Of a stretch of DNA of 64,000 nt, positions 61,656 to 64,000 are shown one piece after another. The DNA comes from Candidatus Dadabacteria bacterium. Its GTDB lineage: Bacteria > Desulfobacterota_D > UBA1144 > Nemesobacterales > CSP1-2. Under the pieces are notes generated by a model. The model made no database searches. It was not told the DNA's origin and saw nothing but the letters and a program-made list of their open reading frames with translations. How positions within the stretch are numbered: the stretch's first letter is position 1; every line of letters starts with the position of its first letter. The position numbers and the translations under genes were made by a program. The DNA lies in assembly GCA_040289575.1 (NCBI GenBank), contig PSLL01000005.1, forward strand, positions 21,719 through 85,718, read 5' to 3'.

Positions 61656-62675
61656 ATGCATGATGAAAACGCGATTAAGATAAGCGTAGTAGGTGCAGGT
61701 AGCTGGGGAACGACGATTGCAAAACACCTTGCGGAGAAGGGATTTGACATTATCATATGGGTGAAAGAGGAAGACGTTAGAGAATCCATCTTAAAAGATA
61801 GAGAGAACCATCTTTACCTTCCCAAGATAAGACTTCCTGAGAATATATATCCTACAGGCCTCTTACAAGAGGCTTTGGCGGGAAGAGATTTAATTATATT
61901 TTCGGTTCCATCTCAGTATGTAAGGGAGGTTTTAAAAGATGGGAGGAGATTTATCGGGGACGATTCCTTAATTATAAACACGGCAAAGGGAATAGAGTTG
62001 AGTACACTTAATCTCATGAATCAGGTTTTTGAAGAGGTACTTTCAGAGGATATTCGCGAAAGGTATGCGTCCCTTTCGGGCCCAAGCTTTGCCCTTGAAG
62101 TGTCAAAGCATAAGCCGACAGCAGTCTCTATTGCGTCAAAGAATTTGGCTGTGGCGAAGGTAGGGCAGAGGGTATTCTCAAATGAGTACTTCAGGGCTTA
62201 TGTGACCGAAGACGTTGTGGGAGTAGAGATAGGCGGCTCGCTTAAAAACGTGATTGCCATTGCGGCGGGAATCGCAGACGGGCTTGGACTTGGGCACAAT
62301 TCAAAATCCGCCCTTATCACAAGAGGGCTTGCTGAGATCACAAGACTAGGGGTGAGAATGGGAGCGAGTCCGATGACATTTCTCGGACTCTCCGGCGTCG
62401 GAGACCTGGTTCTTACCTGCACCGGAGAGCTTAGCAGAAATAGGGAGGTTGGGCTAAAGATTGGGAAAGGTGAGAAGCTTGAAGATATACTTTCTAATAT
62501 GAGAATGGTTGCCGAGGGTGTAAAGACCTCTCTTGCAGCAAAAGAGATTGCACGCCGCTTTGGTGTGGATGTGCCTATAGCTGAGCAGGTTTGCCTAGTG
62601 CTCTATAATGGGAAGGCCCCTGAAGACGCCATATTTGAGCTTATGACAAGACAGCTCAAACATGAAATGGGGTGA
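61656..62675 (+). CDS. gpsA: NAD(P)H-dependent glycerol-3-phosphate dehydrogenase
   Basis: N-terminal ISVVGAGSWGTTIA Rossmann motif and a conserved GpsA C-terminal domain, 339 aa. Confidence 0.9.
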   Translation: MHDENAIKISVVGAGSWGTTIAKHLAEKGFDIIIWVKEEDVRESILKDRENHLYLPKIRLPENIYPTGLLQEALAGRDLIIFSVPSQYVREVLKDGRRFIGDDSLIINTAKGIELSTLNLMNQVFEEVLSEDIRERYASLSGPSFALEVSKHKPTAVSIASKNLAVAKVGQRVFSNEYFRAYVTEDVVGVEIGGSLKNVIAIAAGIADGLGLGHNSKSALITRGLAEITRLGVRMGASPMTFLGLSGVGDLVLTCTGELSRNREVGLKIGKGEKLEDILSNMRMVAEGVKTSLAAKEIARRFGVDVPIAEQVCLVLYNGKAPEDAIFELMTRQLKHEMG

Positions 62676-62759
62676 GGTTAAGATAAGAATTAAGAAATTC
62701 GAAAGAAAAGGTCTTCTGAATTCTAGCTCCCGGATTTTGGTCTTGAATATATACCAAAA

Positions 62760-64000
62760 ATGAAGTTTCCCAACTCAGACGAGATATTAAGATTGATGAA
62801 AAAACCCTCATATCGCCCTATGAGGGTAAGGGATATTTCAAGACGACTTGGCGTAGGAAAGGAAAGTAGAAAAGCCATCAAGCAAATACTAAGAAGGCTC
62901 ATTCAAGAGGGGGCTGTTGTGAGAATTAAAGGCGGTAGATACAAAACCTCTCAAGAAGACCTCAAAGAGGAAATCTCCCATTCCCTTCAACTAGCACCTA
63001 GGATACCGCCAGAAGGGAAGGTCCTTGGAAAATTCATAAGGACTGGAAAGACCGGCGTCATAGTACCGAGGAATAGAAAGATTCCTCCTCTTCCTATTCG
63101 ACGCGATGAAGTTAAGGGGATAAGAAACGGTAGTCTCGTTTTGGTTGAGGTTCGGCGTGCTCCTAAGCCTTCCGGTCATTTATCAGCGGCGGTAATAGAT
63201 GTCCTTGGGAAATCTGGAAATTTAGATGCGGAAAAGAAAGGGCTTTTTGTGGAATATAATCTGCCCGAAGGGTTTCCATCGGAGGTTGTGAAAGAGGCAA
63301 ATGAGATTCCCTCCCACATTTCCCCCTGGGATTTAGAGGGCAGGGTGGATTTGCGCGGTAATTTGAGTGTTACAATTGATAACGATAGAGCAAAGGATTT
63401 TGATGACGCCGTTTGCATCTCACGCACCGATTCCGGCTATAGGCTCTGGGTTTCAATCGCGGATGTTTTCCACTACGTAAAGATTGGAGGCGCAATTGAC
63501 AATGAGGCACTTCAAAGGGGAACGAGCATTTATCTCCCTGAAAGCGTCATCCCCATGCTTCCCGAAAAGCTCTCAGACTGGATGTGCAGCCTTGTTCAGG
63601 GCGAAGACAGACTCACAAAAACTGTTGAGATGGATTTTGATCCGCAGGGTGTGATGGTTAATTTTAAGATTTATAACAGCGTTATAAGAAGTCGTGCCCG
63701 TCTTACATACACGGAGGTCTCGCATATAGTTGCAAAAAGGGGAAGGACAAGTAAAAGGGACGCGCATTTAGTTGAGAGCTTGAAGATTATGAAGGAGCTT
63801 TATGAGAGGCTCAGAGAAAGGAGGCTTGAGAGGGGTGGGATTGATTTTGATATACCTGAGCCTGAGATTATAAGGGATGAACTTGGAAGAACAGTTGATA
63901 TTGTAAAATCTGAGAGAAACGTGGCGCATGGAATAATTGAAGAGTTTATGATTACTGCAAATAGGGCAGTCGCAGAATATATATTCTATTCGAAGGTGCC
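62760..64000 (+). CDS. rnr: Ribonuclease R (N-terminal HTH and cold-shock domains, start of the RNB domain); the 3' part lies outside the window
   Basis: Open frame from the ATG at 62760 to the window end with no stop. This ORF is missing from the ORF track. RNase II/R motifs are present (DFDDAV, YLPESVIPMLPEKLS). AGGAG lies upstream. Confidence 0.85.
   Translation, partial: MKFPNSDEILRLMKKPSYRPMRVRDISRRLGVGKESRKAIKQILRRLIQEGAVVRIKGGRYKTSQEDLKEEISHSLQLAPRIPPEGKVLGKFIRTGKTGVIVPRNRKIPPLPIRRDEVKGIRNGSLVLVEVRRAPKPSGHLSAAVIDVLGKSGNLDAEKKGLFVEYNLPEGFPSEVVKEANEIPSHISPWDLEGRVDLRGNLSVTIDNDRAKDFDDAVCISRTDSGYRLWVSIADVFHYVKIGGAIDNEALQRGTSIYLPESVIPMLPEKLSDWMCSLVQGEDRLTKTVEMDFDPQGVMVNFKIYNSVIRSRARLTYTEVSHIVAKRGRTSKRDAHLVESLKIMKELYERLRERRLERGGIDFDIPEPEIIRDELGRTVDIVKSERNVAHGIIEEFMITANRAVAEYIFYSKV

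Overview
This is a 64-kb chromosomal window of roughly 42% GC from a diderm bacterium. It carries lnt, lgt, lolA, a PilMNOPQ type IV pilus operon and an Slt lytic transglycosylase. Genes sit on both strands at high density and are mostly housekeeping.

Reading left to right:
- **1–4.3 kb:** a partial LLM-class oxidoreductase, an FtsX-family permease, a lone NuoF-like flavoprotein and hisD.
- **4.3–8.5 kb:** a ~4.2-kb GC-rich island inserted between hisD and hisC. It holds a secreted protein, an AraC regulator, a Zn alcohol dehydrogenase and a truncated aldo-keto reductase.
- **9.4–15 kb:** hisC with an N-terminal extension that looks like two ClpX-type zinc-binding domains, lnt, a frameshifted methyltransferase, a ChaN-like protein and lgt.
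- **15–18.3 kb:** a cluster of an HNH nuclease, a TolB-like beta-propeller protein, a JAB/MPN protein and a 2H phosphoesterase (ThpR).
- **18.4–29.4 kb:** rplU and rpmA, a HAMP plus degenerate cyclase-domain membrane protein, a HAD-IB hydrolase, rlmN, alaS, a GST, a DUF1152 protein, an ECF sigma factor and a tandem UspA protein.
- **29.8–31 kb:** tRNA-Thr followed by a ~1.2-kb decayed region.
- **31–33.6 kb:** a PHA synthase locus with phaC, two tandem PhaE/PhaR-family paralogs and a phasin-like gene.
- **33.9–38.3 kb:** a small secreted protein, lolA, ftsK and pyrD.
- **38.4–40.2 kb:** an AT-rich islet with an orphan 312-aa gene and a PIN-like pair next to tRNA-Gln.
- **40.3–48 kb:** queF, an orphan OppC/DppC permease, Slt, OmpA-like and XRE genes, and tRNA-Phe with a clean terminator.
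- **48.5–54.8 kb:** pilMNOPQ plus two co-transcribed secreted Ig-like proteins.
- **54.9–57 kb:** a decayed stretch with an ALDH pseudogene and an alpha/beta-hydrolase remnant around a TetR regulator.
- **57.1–64 kb:** an acyl-CoA dehydrogenase, a split B12-dependent acyl-CoA mutase, gpsA and the 5' part of rnr.

No CRISPR array, integrase or transposase was seen. Several pseudogenes and a small family of GTCATTGCGA palindromic intergenic elements are present.
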